From Candidatus Hydrogenedentota bacterium (GTDB lineage: Bacteria; Hydrogenedentota; Hydrogenedentia; Hydrogenedentales; SLHB01), in assembly GCA_963668025.2 (NCBI GenBank), contig CAXXTH010000017.1:1376001-1440000 (forward strand): 64,000 nt of DNA, given 5' to 3'. Of the stretch, positions 20,859 to 30,952 are shown one piece after another (position 1 is the first letter of the stretch; each line of letters begins with the position of its first letter). The notes beneath the pieces are model-generated. The model saw nothing but the letters and a program-made list of their open reading frames with translations. It was not told where the DNA came from and did no database searches. The position numbers and the translations under genes were made by a program.

Positions 20859-22034
20859 TTATCCTGCCGACTCCAATGTCTTCCAGCAATACCAGAGCAT
20901 GCGCGGGAGGTGGAAGGGGCCTTTCCAGATGTTGCCCTTTAGGTCCACCGAGATGCGGCCGTCGCGGTGCAGATAGCCGTACCATTCGCCGTATTCGGGA
21001 TCGGGGAAATGCCCAAACGCCCAGTCATGCACGGCCTTGTGCCATTGGGCGTATTTATCGTCACCCGTGAGCTGGTGGGCCAGCAGCGTGGCGATGATGG
21101 CCTCGTTGTGGGGCCACCAGAATTTCATGTCGTGCCAGTATTCCTGCACGGGCAAGCCCTTTACATCCACGAAATAGAGCAGGCCGCCGTATTCCTGGTC
21201 CCAGCCGCGCTTCCACATCCAATCGAGGATGGTTGTGCCGAGTTCGAGCAGTTCCCGGTCGCCGCCGCGCAGCTTAGCTTCGTGCATGATGAACCAGGCC
21301 GCCTCGATGGCGTGGCCGGGCACCAGCATGCGGCCGTCGAAATGGTCGATGAACTCGCCGTTGGGGCCGACCGTCTCGAAGACCGCCTCGAACTCGGGCT
21401 TCACGAACAACGTGCGGATCTCGCGGATGGCCGTGTCGATCCATTCGTCGCATTCCGGCATGCCGATAGTTTCCCGGAGGATTTGCGCCAGGTTAATGAG
21501 GATCATGCGCGGCCCGATGCCGGTCATGGGGCGCGTGTCCGGATTCACTTTCGGCGGGATATAGCCCGGTTCGGTCGTGACGGTGTGGAATAGCCGCAGC
21601 AGGTTGCGGGCTTCCTCTGCGGCTTGTTCGTCGCCGGACGCCTTGGCATAGGCGGCGAAGGCGATGGACGCGAAGGCCTCCGAGTAGGCGTAACGGCGCT
21701 TGCGCACGGGTTTCCCGTCACGCGTGACGATGAAGAACATGCGTCCGTCGGTGTCGAAACCATACCGGCGGAGGAATTCGACGCCGCTCCGCGCCTGTTC
21801 GAGCCATTCCGGACGTTTTTCGACGGTGTTGTAGAGCGTGCTGAGCAGCCAGGTGAAGCGTCCTTGCTGCCAAATGCCCTTATCCGTGTCCAGCAGCGAG
21901 CCGTCGCGCCCCCGGGCGATCATAAAACCACCGTATTCGCGGTCGATGGCATGGCGCATCCAGAACGGAAGCACATCATTCAAGAGCCCATCGCGGTATA
22001 TTTTCAGATAATGGTTTCGAGTTTCTGTATCCAT
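20859..22034 (-). CDS. N-acylglucosamine 2-epimerase (AGE family)
   Basis: DK.IWQQGR, YSE.F, PGHAIE..WF, K.WWPHNE, GEWYGYL, KGPFH.PR. Confidence 0.92.
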   Translation of the reverse strand: MDTETRNHYLKIYRDGLLNDVLPFWMRHAIDREYGGFMIARGRDGSLLDTDKGIWQQGRFTWLLSTLYNTVEKRPEWLEQARSGVEFLRRYGFDTDGRMFFIVTRDGKPVRKRRYAYSEAFASIAFAAYAKASGDEQAAEEARNLLRLFHTVTTEPGYIPPKVNPDTRPMTGIGPRMILINLAQILRETIGMPECDEWIDTAIREIRTLFVKPEFEAVFETVGPNGEFIDHFDGRMLVPGHAIEAAWFIMHEAKLRGGDRELLELGTTILDWMWKRGWDQEYGGLLYFVDVKGLPVQEYWHDMKFWWPHNEAIIATLLAHQLTGDDKYAQWHKAVHDWAFGHFPDPEYGEWYGYLHRDGRISVDLKGNIWKGPFHLPRMLWYCWKTLESAG

Positions 22035-22161
22035 AATAGCCTCCTTTACCCGGATGATACGACGGACGGGAAATCAATAGCAAACGTTTTCTTATCGGAT
22101 CGCATCCAATCTGTCCTGGAGGAGCATCCTGTCCATGGAGCAGGGTCTATTGATCATGCTT

Positions 22162-22184
22162 CATGGGCGGGACGCCCATGCTAC
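22162..22184 (-). repeat. GTAG-type REP-like palindrome
   Basis: GTAGCATGGGCGTCCCGCCCATG; 22/23 identical to the copy at 39059-39081. Confidence 0.65.
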
Positions 22185-22194
22185 GGTATCGATT

Positions 22195-23283
22195 CTATTC
22201 CGCGGGCGGGGTAAAGGGGATATTGCTGCTCTGGAAATGGCGCAGCAAGTCTTCTTTGTCCGCCGCTTTTTTATATGCTTCATCCGGCTCGACAAGCCCC
22301 TCACGCACGAAGCGCGTGAGTTCTTCATTGAGAAGCGTCATGCCCTCTTTGCGGCCCGTTTGCATGATGCTCATGATCTGGCTCGTCTTAGCTTCGCGGA
22401 TAAGCGCGGATACAGCGGGATTGACGATAAGCACCTCGAGCGCCGCCACGCGCCCGCCACCCTTCTTCTTGAGCAGGTTCTGCGCCACGATGCCTTTGAG
22501 CGATGTGGACAGCATCATGCGGATTTGGGATTGCTGATCGGCGGGGAATTGATCGATGAGGCGGTCCACGGTCGAGATGGCCGTGGTGGTGTGGAGGGTG
22601 CCGAACACCAAGTGTCCGGTTTCCGCGGTCTCGATGGCGATATGGGTGGTCTCGAGGTCGCGCATTTCGCCCACCAAAACAATATCCGGGTCTTCGCGCA
22701 GCGCCGCGCGCAGGGCGCGTTTGAAGCCTTGTGTGTGGCTGTGGACCTCGCGCTGGTTGATCAAGCAACGCTTGTTGCGGTGGACGAATTCGATGGGATC
22801 TTCGATGGTTAAAATGTGGTCATTGCGCGTCGTATTGATGAGATCGATGAGCGCGGCGAGCGTAGTGGATTTACCGCTGCCCGTCGGGCCGGTCACGAGC
22901 ACGAGTCCTTTGTTGAGCGAACAAAACTTGCGGATGCTATCCGGCAGCTTCAATTGCTCGCACGTGAGGATCTCGGACGGGATGATGCGGAATACGCCGC
23001 ATATGCCTTTGTGATCACGGAAGATATTGACGCGGAACCTGGCAAGCCCGGAAATCTCATACGCAAAGTCGGTGTCGTTCTCCTCGTTGAACTGCCGCTC
23101 GTTCTCAGCAGGCATGATCTCATACAGCACTTTTTTGACCGTGGAATCATCGAGAGGTTCATCCGCGCGCAGCCCGACTAGCGAGCCATCTTTGCGCAAG
23201 ATCGGCTTGCAGCCGGTGCAGTAATGCAAGTCAGAAGCCCCATGCTCCGCCATCATATGCAAGAAACGATCAATTTCCGCCAT
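22195..23283 (-). CDS. pilT: Type IV pilus retraction ATPase PilT
   Basis: ASDLH, RFRVN.F, TGPTGSGKSTT, TIEDPIE, ALREDPD, GE.RD, ETGH.V..TLH. Confidence 0.95.
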   Translation of the reverse strand: MAEIDRFLHMMAEHGASDLHYCTGCKPILRKDGSLVGLRADEPLDDSTVKKVLYEIMPAENERQFNEENDTDFAYEISGLARFRVNIFRDHKGICGVFRIIPSEILTCEQLKLPDSIRKFCSLNKGLVLVTGPTGSGKSTTLAALIDLINTTRNDHILTIEDPIEFVHRNKRCLINQREVHSHTQGFKRALRAALREDPDIVLVGEMRDLETTHIAIETAETGHLVFGTLHTTTAISTVDRLIDQFPADQQSQIRMMLSTSLKGIVAQNLLKKKGGGRVAALEVLIVNPAVSALIREAKTSQIMSIMQTGRKEGMTLLNEELTRFVREGLVEPDEAYKKAADKEDLLRHFQSSNIPFTPPAE

Positions 23284-23538
23284 ATCCGCCGCCTCCTTGT
23301 TGGGCCAAATACCGGCAAGAGCCTAGCATGGTTTGCATATTGGGGTCCAGGTAATCTATCTAAATGCAGGCAAAAAACATGCTTGCTGTAGTTGCTGCAT
23401 GAGCGGCGAGGGGGCGGGTCGATATAAGCTCTTTTGAAGCATGGCGTCTGCTCTAGATATAACAAAGCCCGTCGGCCTGCTTTGCCGCAAGTGAAGATCA
23501 CGGCGGGAGCAAAGGCCGGCGGGCGTGTGTGCCAGGAT

Positions 23539-25653
23539 TTATTTTTTCTTTGCTGGCTTATCCGCCGGGCTTATCCGCACCAGAAACACGCCATGGCGGG
23601 GCACGGTTTTCTCGAATTGCTTGTCGAAAACGCCCAAGTCTTTTTGCCGCCAAAGATCGCGTACTTTCATCGGGCCGGTGATACCCAAGTCTTCCCAATT
23701 CACCTTGACTGTGGTCTCAATTTCGCCGATGTTAAATAATCCTACCGCCTTCGAGCCATCTTCCAGGTCCTTGACCAGGACGCATCGATAATCTTCCCGC
23801 TTGGCCATTCGGGCTTGCTGTCCCAGCGGATCCAGGTTGACTTCCAGGACTTCAGGATTGCAGAGCACGTTCAGTGTGTGTTCTTCGAGTTTGTCCATCC
23901 GCCCAGTGAAAAACAACGGAGCGCACAGCATGGTCCAAAAAGTCATATGGCTGTATGCTTCATTGGAAGAGACGTTGAACGGTTTTCCTAGCACCAGGAA
24001 ATCGGGATCATTCCAATGCCCCGGCCCAGCCCATTTTTCCAGGCCGATTTCGGATAAAGCGACACTCACAAAATTCGAGTAGTATGAGTTGTGGGTAGTC
24101 ACAGCGGCAATATCATTCCCCGTGCGCCAAGACTGCCCGCCTGCGGCCGCGCCCCATTCCCAGATATCGCCCAAGCCATATTGGCACAGATTAAAGAGGA
24201 TATCGCGGGGCTGTTTTTTAATGGCCTCGTTCATCCGAATGAAAGGCTCTTTCATTTGATCGGGTGACGGCAGTTCCGGGGCCCATCGCCAGCCGTAATA
24301 ACACCAGTCGTATTTCAGCAAGTCAAAGCCCCACTCGGCGAACCGTTGGGCGTCCTGGTCTTCATATAAGTAGCTGCCCACAAAACCGGCGCATGTGATG
24401 GGGCCAGGTGACGAATAGATGCCCGTCTTCAAGCCCATGGCATGAATTTGATCGTTCATGGCCTTCATGTCCGGGAATTTGGGATTGGCGTTGATGCGCC
24501 CTTGTTCATCGCGAGGTTCGCCATGTCCTGGCTCTGATTCACCAGGAACCAGCTTATAAGTGTTGTTCAGCATCTCTTTGAACGTTTTTGAATCGGCATA
24601 GTGGGAGTCATCCGCCAATACTTCATATCCCTGTCCCGGCTTGACCATCCAGGAGTCATCAATGCCGATATAGGTATAGCCATATTGGCTCATCGTGCTA
24701 TCGACCATCGCCCTCGCACAATCCAGGATGGTGTCTTGATCGATATTCAGGCCGTAGCTGTACCAATCATTAAAGCCCATGGGAGGCGTCAACGCGATGG
24801 TATCGCCAATCACGACGCGCAGCGTATTGGTGTCTTTCCCATGGCTGTTTGTCGCGATGATTTTCACTTTATACGTGCCCGCTTTTTTCGCCACGCCCGT
24901 GATAATGCCTGTGTCTTCATCCAAGGCCAGGCCCTTGGGTAATCTTTTGGCCTTGTATTTCATCGGGCGTTCTCCTGAGACGGGAAGCAGAAACTGAAAT
25001 GGGTGTCCAGGGCGTGCGCCGTAAACCCTGGGGGCGTTGATGTGCGGCGATAAGGACGGCTTAGGTGTTACGATCTCGTCGGCTTCGCGCTCCGGCGAAA
25101 CCGCTTGCGGTTGATACCCATCGGTCTCGAGTTGGGCTTCGGCCCAATCCGCAATATTGGCGGGATAATTTCGATGAACGGGAAGGGCCAGCAAAGCCAG
25201 TTTTTTGATGCCCGTGATGTCCACGGAAACCGGAAGCGGCGGAGAATCCGGCGTCATAACCGGGCTTTTCCAGAGGTCGCGCCCATCGCCTTGGACATAA
25301 AAAACAACCGCCGCCTGCTTCATATCAATCATATACAAGGGAATGGAATCATCGACACCCACCTTGGCCGTGAATTTGGTTCCGTGCCCATCGAGCTGGA
25401 TATGCATGAAGCCATGGGCGCACATCCAGATGCCATCGTCAAATTTTTGTCCGTTAATGCTCAAGGGCCGTTTCAGCGGTATCCCGGGTATGAATGTCAG
25501 CGACATTAGATTCAAATCCAAAGAAGAGACCGGTATGATGGTTTTGTTCGCAGCCGATTGGGTTTCTTCGGCGGCCATGGCCAAGCCGGACGCCAGGATA
25601 CAGGAAATCAACAACGTAAAAATTCCTATACCGCATCGTATGTGTTTCATCAT
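23539..25653 (-). CDS. Secreted GH27 alpha-galactosidase with NPCBM and Ig-like domains
   Basis: TPPMGFN.W, IDD.W, LKYDWC nucleophile, WRTGND acid/base, WNDPD.L, VRDLWRQ. Confidence 0.92.
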   Translation of the reverse strand: MMKHIRCGIGIFTLLISCILASGLAMAAEETQSAANKTIIPVSSLDLNLMSLTFIPGIPLKRPLSINGQKFDDGIWMCAHGFMHIQLDGHGTKFTAKVGVDDSIPLYMIDMKQAAVVFYVQGDGRDLWKSPVMTPDSPPLPVSVDITGIKKLALLALPVHRNYPANIADWAEAQLETDGYQPQAVSPEREADEIVTPKPSLSPHINAPRVYGARPGHPFQFLLPVSGERPMKYKAKRLPKGLALDEDTGIITGVAKKAGTYKVKIIATNSHGKDTNTLRVVIGDTIALTPPMGFNDWYSYGLNIDQDTILDCARAMVDSTMSQYGYTYIGIDDSWMVKPGQGYEVLADDSHYADSKTFKEMLNNTYKLVPGESEPGHGEPRDEQGRINANPKFPDMKAMNDQIHAMGLKTGIYSSPGPITCAGFVGSYLYEDQDAQRFAEWGFDLLKYDWCYYGWRWAPELPSPDQMKEPFIRMNEAIKKQPRDILFNLCQYGLGDIWEWGAAAGGQSWRTGNDIAAVTTHNSYYSNFVSVALSEIGLEKWAGPGHWNDPDFLVLGKPFNVSSNEAYSHMTFWTMLCAPLFFTGRMDKLEEHTLNVLCNPEVLEVNLDPLGQQARMAKREDYRCVLVKDLEDGSKAVGLFNIGEIETTVKVNWEDLGITGPMKVRDLWRQKDLGVFDKQFEKTVPRHGVFLVRISPADKPAKKK

Positions 25654-25978
25654 TCTCTTTGCTCCTTCTTGGTCAACCGATTTACTTGATCATTTCGGGT
25701 GTTGTTGTCCCAACGTTTTGATGCTCATTGCTTGATGTGGCTGATTGTATCGCATGTAGGTAAAGGCATCTCTTTTTAAGTATACTCAGTATACTTTGGA
25801 GAGGCGGGGATCGCAAGCACTTAATCCATCTGAAATCGCTGGTTTGCAAGTTCGGTGGGGCCTACGGGTTTTCAAGATCCGTTTTTCAACACAGAGGAAT
25901 GAAAAACGCCCGCCGACCCGCTTTGCCGCAAGTGGGAAGGCGGCGGAAGCAAAGGCCTGCGGGCGCGTATTTTGGGAG

Positions 25979-28090
25979 TTACTCTTTTTTGTCCGACGAA
26001 GATGCCGGGCTCAGGCGCAGCAGGAACACGCCATGGCGGGGCACGGTCTTCTCGAATTCATGCTCGAAAACGCCCAAGTCTTGTTGCCGCCAAAGGTCGC
26101 GGACTTTCATGGGGCCTTTGAAACCTAGATCTTTCCAGTTTATTCTTACCGTCGTCTCAAATTCGCCAATGTTAAATAGGCCAACTGCTGTAGAGCCATC
26201 CTCCATGTCTTTGGCCAGGACACATCGATAATCTTCACGCTTGATCACTTTGGCTTGTTGCCCCAAAGGATCTTGGTTGACTTCCAAGACTTCGGAGTTG
26301 CAGAGCACGTTTAGCGTGAATTCATCGAGCTGATCCATCCGGCCGGAGTAAATCAGAGGGGCGCATAACAAACTCCAAAACGACATATAACTGTATGCTT
26401 CGTTAGGGGAGACATTAAACCGTTTTCCAATAAGCAAGTAATCGGGATCATTCCAATGGCCCGGCCCTGCCCATTTATCTAGGCCGTTTTCAGATAAAGC
26501 GACACTCACCATGTTTGAGTAATAGGAATTACCGGTAATAACCGCGCCAATATCATTTCCGGTGCGCCAGGAATGCCCGCCCACGGGTTCGCCCCATTCC
26601 CAGATATCGCCAAGGCCGTATTGGCACAGATTAAAAAGGATATCGCGGGGTTGTTTTTTGAGTGCCTCGTTCATTCGAATGAATGGCTCCTTCATTTGGT
26701 CGGATGAAGGCAGTTCCGGGGCCCATCGCCAGCCATAATAACACCAGTCGTATTTCAGCAAATCAAAGCCCCATTCGGCGAATCGTTGTGCATCCTGGTC
26801 TTCATATAAATAGCTGCCCACAAAACCGGCGCATGTGATGGGGCCAGGTGAAGAATAAATACCCGCTTTTAGGCCCATGGCATGAATTTGATCGGTCATG
26901 GCTTTCATGTCCGGGAATTTGGGATTCGAGTTGATGCGCCCTTGTTCATCGCGGGGCTTGCCATGCCCAGGCTCCGCTTCGCCAGGAACCAGCTTATAGG
27001 TAGTGTTCATCATTTCTTTAAACGTTTTAGGATCGGCATAATGGGAATCATCCGCCAACACCTCATAATCTTGTCCCGGCTTGACCATCCAGGCGTCATC
27101 AATGCCGATGTAGGAATATCCATACTGGCTCATCCCGCTATCTATCATTGCTCTCGCACAATTTAGCATGTCGTCTTCATTTACCTCCATGCCGTAGCTA
27201 TACCAATCATTAAAGCCCATGGGAGGCGTCAGCGAGATGGTGTCGCCAATCACCACGCGCAACGTATTGGAATCCTTCCCCAGGCTGTTTTTCGCGATGA
27301 TTTTCACTTTATACGCGCCCGCTTTTGGGGCTGTGCCGGAAATGACGCCCGTGGCGGCATCCAGGGCCAGCCCTTTGGGCAATCCCTTGGCTTTATACTG
27401 CATTGGGCGTTCGCCAGAGACAGGAAGCAGAAATTGAAACGGATGGCCAGGACGAGCGCCGTATATCCGTGGGGCGTTTATCCGTGGAGCCTGCGGCGGA
27501 GCTGGCGTAAGTATCTCCCCGGCTTCACGCTCTGGTGACACCGCTTTAGGTTGATACCCATCGGTCTCGAGTTGGGCCTCGGCCCAATCGGCTATGTTGG
27601 CGGCATAGTTGCGGTTAATGGGCAGGGCCAGCAGCACAAGCTTGTTGATGCCGGATATATCCACGGAAACCGGAAGTGGGGGGGAGTCCGGTGTCATGAC
27701 GGGGCTTTTCCAGAGATCGCGCCCATCGCCTTGCACATAAAAAACAACCGCCGCCTGCTTCATATCGGTCATATGCAAGGGGATGGAATCATCAATGCCT
27801 ACCTTAGCCGTAAATTTGGACCCATGGCCGTCCAGTTGAATATGGAGGAAGCCGTGCGCGCACATCCAGATGCCATCTGCAAAATTCTGCCCTTGAATGC
27901 GTAAAGGCCGCTTCATGGGCACACCGGGAATGAAGGTCAACGACATTTGATTCAAATCCAAAGAAGAGACCGGTATGACGGTTTTGTTCCCGGGCGGCTG
28001 TGTTTCATCAGCGGACAAGGCCAGGCCGGGTGTAAACATGCAAAGAATCAAGACGATAATCCTTGCGATACATGATGTGTGTTTCATCAT
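25979..28090 (-). CDS. Secreted GH27 alpha-galactosidase, tandem paralog
   Basis: Same motifs and architecture; collinear with 23539..25653 along the full length. Confidence 0.92.
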   Translation of the reverse strand: MMKHTSCIARIIVLILCMFTPGLALSADETQPPGNKTVIPVSSLDLNQMSLTFIPGVPMKRPLRIQGQNFADGIWMCAHGFLHIQLDGHGSKFTAKVGIDDSIPLHMTDMKQAAVVFYVQGDGRDLWKSPVMTPDSPPLPVSVDISGINKLVLLALPINRNYAANIADWAEAQLETDGYQPKAVSPEREAGEILTPAPPQAPRINAPRIYGARPGHPFQFLLPVSGERPMQYKAKGLPKGLALDAATGVISGTAPKAGAYKVKIIAKNSLGKDSNTLRVVIGDTISLTPPMGFNDWYSYGMEVNEDDMLNCARAMIDSGMSQYGYSYIGIDDAWMVKPGQDYEVLADDSHYADPKTFKEMMNTTYKLVPGEAEPGHGKPRDEQGRINSNPKFPDMKAMTDQIHAMGLKAGIYSSPGPITCAGFVGSYLYEDQDAQRFAEWGFDLLKYDWCYYGWRWAPELPSSDQMKEPFIRMNEALKKQPRDILFNLCQYGLGDIWEWGEPVGGHSWRTGNDIGAVITGNSYYSNMVSVALSENGLDKWAGPGHWNDPDYLLIGKRFNVSPNEAYSYMSFWSLLCAPLIYSGRMDQLDEFTLNVLCNSEVLEVNQDPLGQQAKVIKREDYRCVLAKDMEDGSTAVGLFNIGEFETTVRINWKDLGFKGPMKVRDLWRQQDLGVFEHEFEKTVPRHGVFLLRLSPASSSDKKE

Positions 28091-28145
28091 CGTTTATACT
28101 CCTTCTTGGTTATGTACTTCATTAAAATATTATGCAAATGCGATG

Positions 28146-29600
28146 TTATTTGCCTGCCGTTGGGCCTGCGGCGAATTCCTGTTCAATTTGTTCGAGTGTT
28201 TTGTTCTTCGTTTCGGGCACGAGCAGATAGATGTAGACCAAGCCCGCCGCGCAGATGGCCGCATAAATCCAGAAGGTTCCCGCCGCGCCCAGGGCCTCAT
28301 TGAGCAGTGGAAAGGTGTAGGTCAGGATGAAACAAGCGATCCAGAGCGCGGAAACCGCCGTGGCGACAGCCGCGCCTCGGATCCGGTTGGGGAAAATCTC
28401 GGATATGAGCACCCAAGTGATCGGTGCGAGCGAAAGGGCGTAACAGGCCATCGAAGCCAGTACGGGGATTACCACGGCCAGCCCCTTCAAATGCAGGAAA
28501 TAGCTCAATCCAATCACGCTGTGCGTCAGGGCCAGGCCCGCACAACCGGCCAGCATCAGGCCGCGCCGTCCGAAGCGGTCCACCATTGCAATGGCCGCCA
28601 GCGTAAAGATCAAGTTGACGGAACCGGTGATGACGATGTTGAACAGGATGCCGCTGACGCCGTAGCCCGCTTGGGCGAATATTTCTTCGGCGTAATTGAA
28701 AATGACGTTAATGCCGCACCATTGCTGCAAGACCGCCAGCGTGATGCCGATCAACAGAATCTTCGAGACCTTTGGCTCAAGCAAATCCTTGAAACGGACC
28801 TGTTTGGTTGTATCTTGTAAAAGAGTCGCTTTGACTTGTTGCAGTTCCTCATCGGCATAACGTGCGCCGCCTATGCGCGCTAGGATACGGCGGGCCAAAG
28901 CATCCCGCCCGTTTTTAATCAGCCAGCGCGGGCTTTCGGGGACAAACAAGGCCAGGACAAAAAAAACCAACGAGGGCGCGGCCACGGCGTAAAACATCCA
29001 GCGCCAGCCGTGCTGGCAATTCCAGGATAAGCGGAGCATCTCCGGTGTGGCTTCTTCGGGAACCTGTTGGGCGATCATCATATTGGCCAATTGAGCCGCG
29101 AGGATGCCGATGACGACCGTTAATTGGTTGATGGCCACTAGGCGCCCACGCATGGTGGCGGGAGCCACTTCGGCGATATACATCGGGGAAAGATTAGAGG
29201 CCATGCCGATAGCTACGCCGCCTGTCATGCGCCAAAAGACAAACGATGTGAAATAAGTGGCCTGTCCAGTCAAGATGGAACTGGCGGCAAACAAGATTCC
29301 CGAGGCCAGCAACAGCTTTTTCCGTCCGAAACGGTCGCTCATGCCGCCGGAGATCAATGAACCGAGCAGGCAGCCCAGCAAGGCGCAGCTATTGGCCCAG
29401 CCGCTTTGCGAGGCCGTGGACAACGCAAAATACTTCTCGTAAAAAAGTTTCGCGCCGCCGATCACCACCCAGTCGTAGCCAAAGAGCAATCCACCCATGG
29501 CCGCCACCAGTGAGATTCCCCAAACATAAGCCATGTTATACTTAGGACGTTGCAGGCCTGTGTCCGGAGCGGTTCCATTCGCCATTTGCGCCTGATTCAT
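28146..29600 (-). CDS. MFS sugar porter (XylE/AraE-like)
   Basis: GGLLFGYD, DRFGRK, P.YIAE.AP...RG, PESPRWL, QQ..GIN, SEIFP, PETK. Confidence 0.95.
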   Translation of the reverse strand: MNQAQMANGTAPDTGLQRPKYNMAYVWGISLVAAMGGLLFGYDWVVIGGAKLFYEKYFALSTASQSGWANSCALLGCLLGSLISGGMSDRFGRKKLLLASGILFAASSILTGQATYFTSFVFWRMTGGVAIGMASNLSPMYIAEVAPATMRGRLVAINQLTVVIGILAAQLANMMIAQQVPEEATPEMLRLSWNCQHGWRWMFYAVAAPSLVFFVLALFVPESPRWLIKNGRDALARRILARIGGARYADEELQQVKATLLQDTTKQVRFKDLLEPKVSKILLIGITLAVLQQWCGINVIFNYAEEIFAQAGYGVSGILFNIVITGSVNLIFTLAAIAMVDRFGRRGLMLAGCAGLALTHSVIGLSYFLHLKGLAVVIPVLASMACYALSLAPITWVLISEIFPNRIRGAAVATAVSALWIACFILTYTFPLLNEALGAAGTFWIYAAICAAGLVYIYLLVPETKNKTLEQIEQEFAAGPTAGK

Positions 29601-29606
29601 GATCGC

Positions 29607-30866
29607 TCAGCCTCCCCTACTGTCTTTGACTGCCCTGAACATGGCCAAAATATTCTCTACTGGCACGTTGCTTTGGATGTTATGAATGCCAGTAAACACA
29701 AAGCCGCCGCCTTCGGCGAAAATATCGATCCGCTCCCTCACCTGCCGGTACACCTCATCCGGCGCGCCGAAGGGAAGGGTGCTCTGGGTGTCCACGCCGC
29801 CGCCCCAGAAGACCAGTTGCTGGCCAAATTCCTTCTTGAGTTCGCGTGGGTCCATTCCCTGGGCCGAGCATTGGACGGGGTTGAGCACGTCGAATCCCGC
29901 GTCGATAAATTCGGGAATTAGGCCGCGGATTGCGCCACAGGAATGAATAAATGTTTTCCAGGGAGTTCTGGCATGAATCCGCGCATTGACCGCATGGTGG
30001 AATGGTTTGTATAGATGGCGATAGGTCTCGATGGAACAGAATGTTCCGCGCTGATGCCCGAAATCCGTCCCGCTGACAAAAACCACCTGCACTCGGCCGC
30101 CCAAGGTTTCGGCCAAGAGGTCAATGTTTTCTAAAGCGGCTTCGCATTGGCGCTCGAAAACTTTGAGCACATAGTCTTGGCGCGAGAGCGTGCTCATGTA
30201 CCACTCGCTGACATCGCGGATGCCCTTGGGGGCTTTCATCCAAGGTGCGGGCACGCAGGCGATATCCCCGAAACCCATCCCCGGCAATGTTGCATAGATT
30301 CCATATGAGGTTTGTTCAAAGTATGCACCGGCTTGGCAGGCGTAGTGTTTGACATCCGTATCCGTGAGCACGCCGAATTCTTCCATGTTGTCGGCGGGAT
30401 CGAGCGCTTGTTCGTCAAGGGGCGGCTGCCGGTTGGTCGAGTCAAAGAAGAAACTGCTGTGCGGCATAATCGCGCTTGGCGGACAACTTAAGTCGCCTTC
30501 AGGATATAGGAGAATGGACCCATCTTCACCGCGAGTCCAGTTGAACTGGCCGGGAACCAGCACGGGCGTGCCGTCGTTCATGGTGAACGGTTTCCAGTCT
30601 TGATTGGGAAAACCGAACATCGTACAGCGGGGATGTACGCCCACTACGTCCAATTCGAGCGCTTGGCGCAAATCTTCGTCCACTTCGCCCAGCATTTGAT
30701 ACGGTTCGATAATCCGAACCGGCGAGTCATCGCCCAGCAGCTCCTTGCGTAAGCGCCAGAGGGCGCCCGCGCCGATGCCGGTCTGGCCGCCCGCTCCTAA
30801 ATCCACACACAGGCGGTCCGGGGCCTGATGGCTCATTGTCGCGGCAAGCCGTTCACGTGAATTCAT
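29607..30866 (-). CDS. UroD / MtaA-CmuA-like family protein
   Basis: MNSRER, GTDFG.Q, FIHSCG, D.LNPVQ, FWGGGVDTQ..LP.G, HNIQ. Lacks the HemE RQAGR motif. Confidence 0.85.
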   Translation of the reverse strand: MNSRERLAATMSHQAPDRLCVDLGAGGQTGIGAGALWRLRKELLGDDSPVRIIEPYQMLGEVDEDLRQALELDVVGVHPRCTMFGFPNQDWKPFTMNDGTPVLVPGQFNWTRGEDGSILLYPEGDLSCPPSAIMPHSSFFFDSTNRQPPLDEQALDPADNMEEFGVLTDTDVKHYACQAGAYFEQTSYGIYATLPGMGFGDIACVPAPWMKAPKGIRDVSEWYMSTLSRQDYVLKVFERQCEAALENIDLLAETLGGRVQVVFVSGTDFGHQRGTFCSIETYRHLYKPFHHAVNARIHARTPWKTFIHSCGAIRGLIPEFIDAGFDVLNPVQCSAQGMDPRELKKEFGQQLVFWGGGVDTQSTLPFGAPDEVYRQVRERIDIFAEGGGFVFTGIHNIQSNVPVENILAMFRAVKDSRGG

Positions 30867-30952
30867 CTCAGCTTTACTCCCTTGTGAAATGGACTAATAT
30901 GCAAAGCATATTTTGTAAATGCTCTTTAAACAATGCACGATAATCCATTAAG

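Noticed and set aside
23281-23305. GGA motifs in the pilT leader as CsrA sites
   Set aside because: The main GGA is simply the Shine-Dalgarno, and there is no convincing hairpin.
30896-30912. Palindrome AATATGC-AAA-GCATATT in the AraC divergent promoter
   Set aside because: Short and AT-rich. AraC proteins usually bind direct repeats, so it cannot be assigned.
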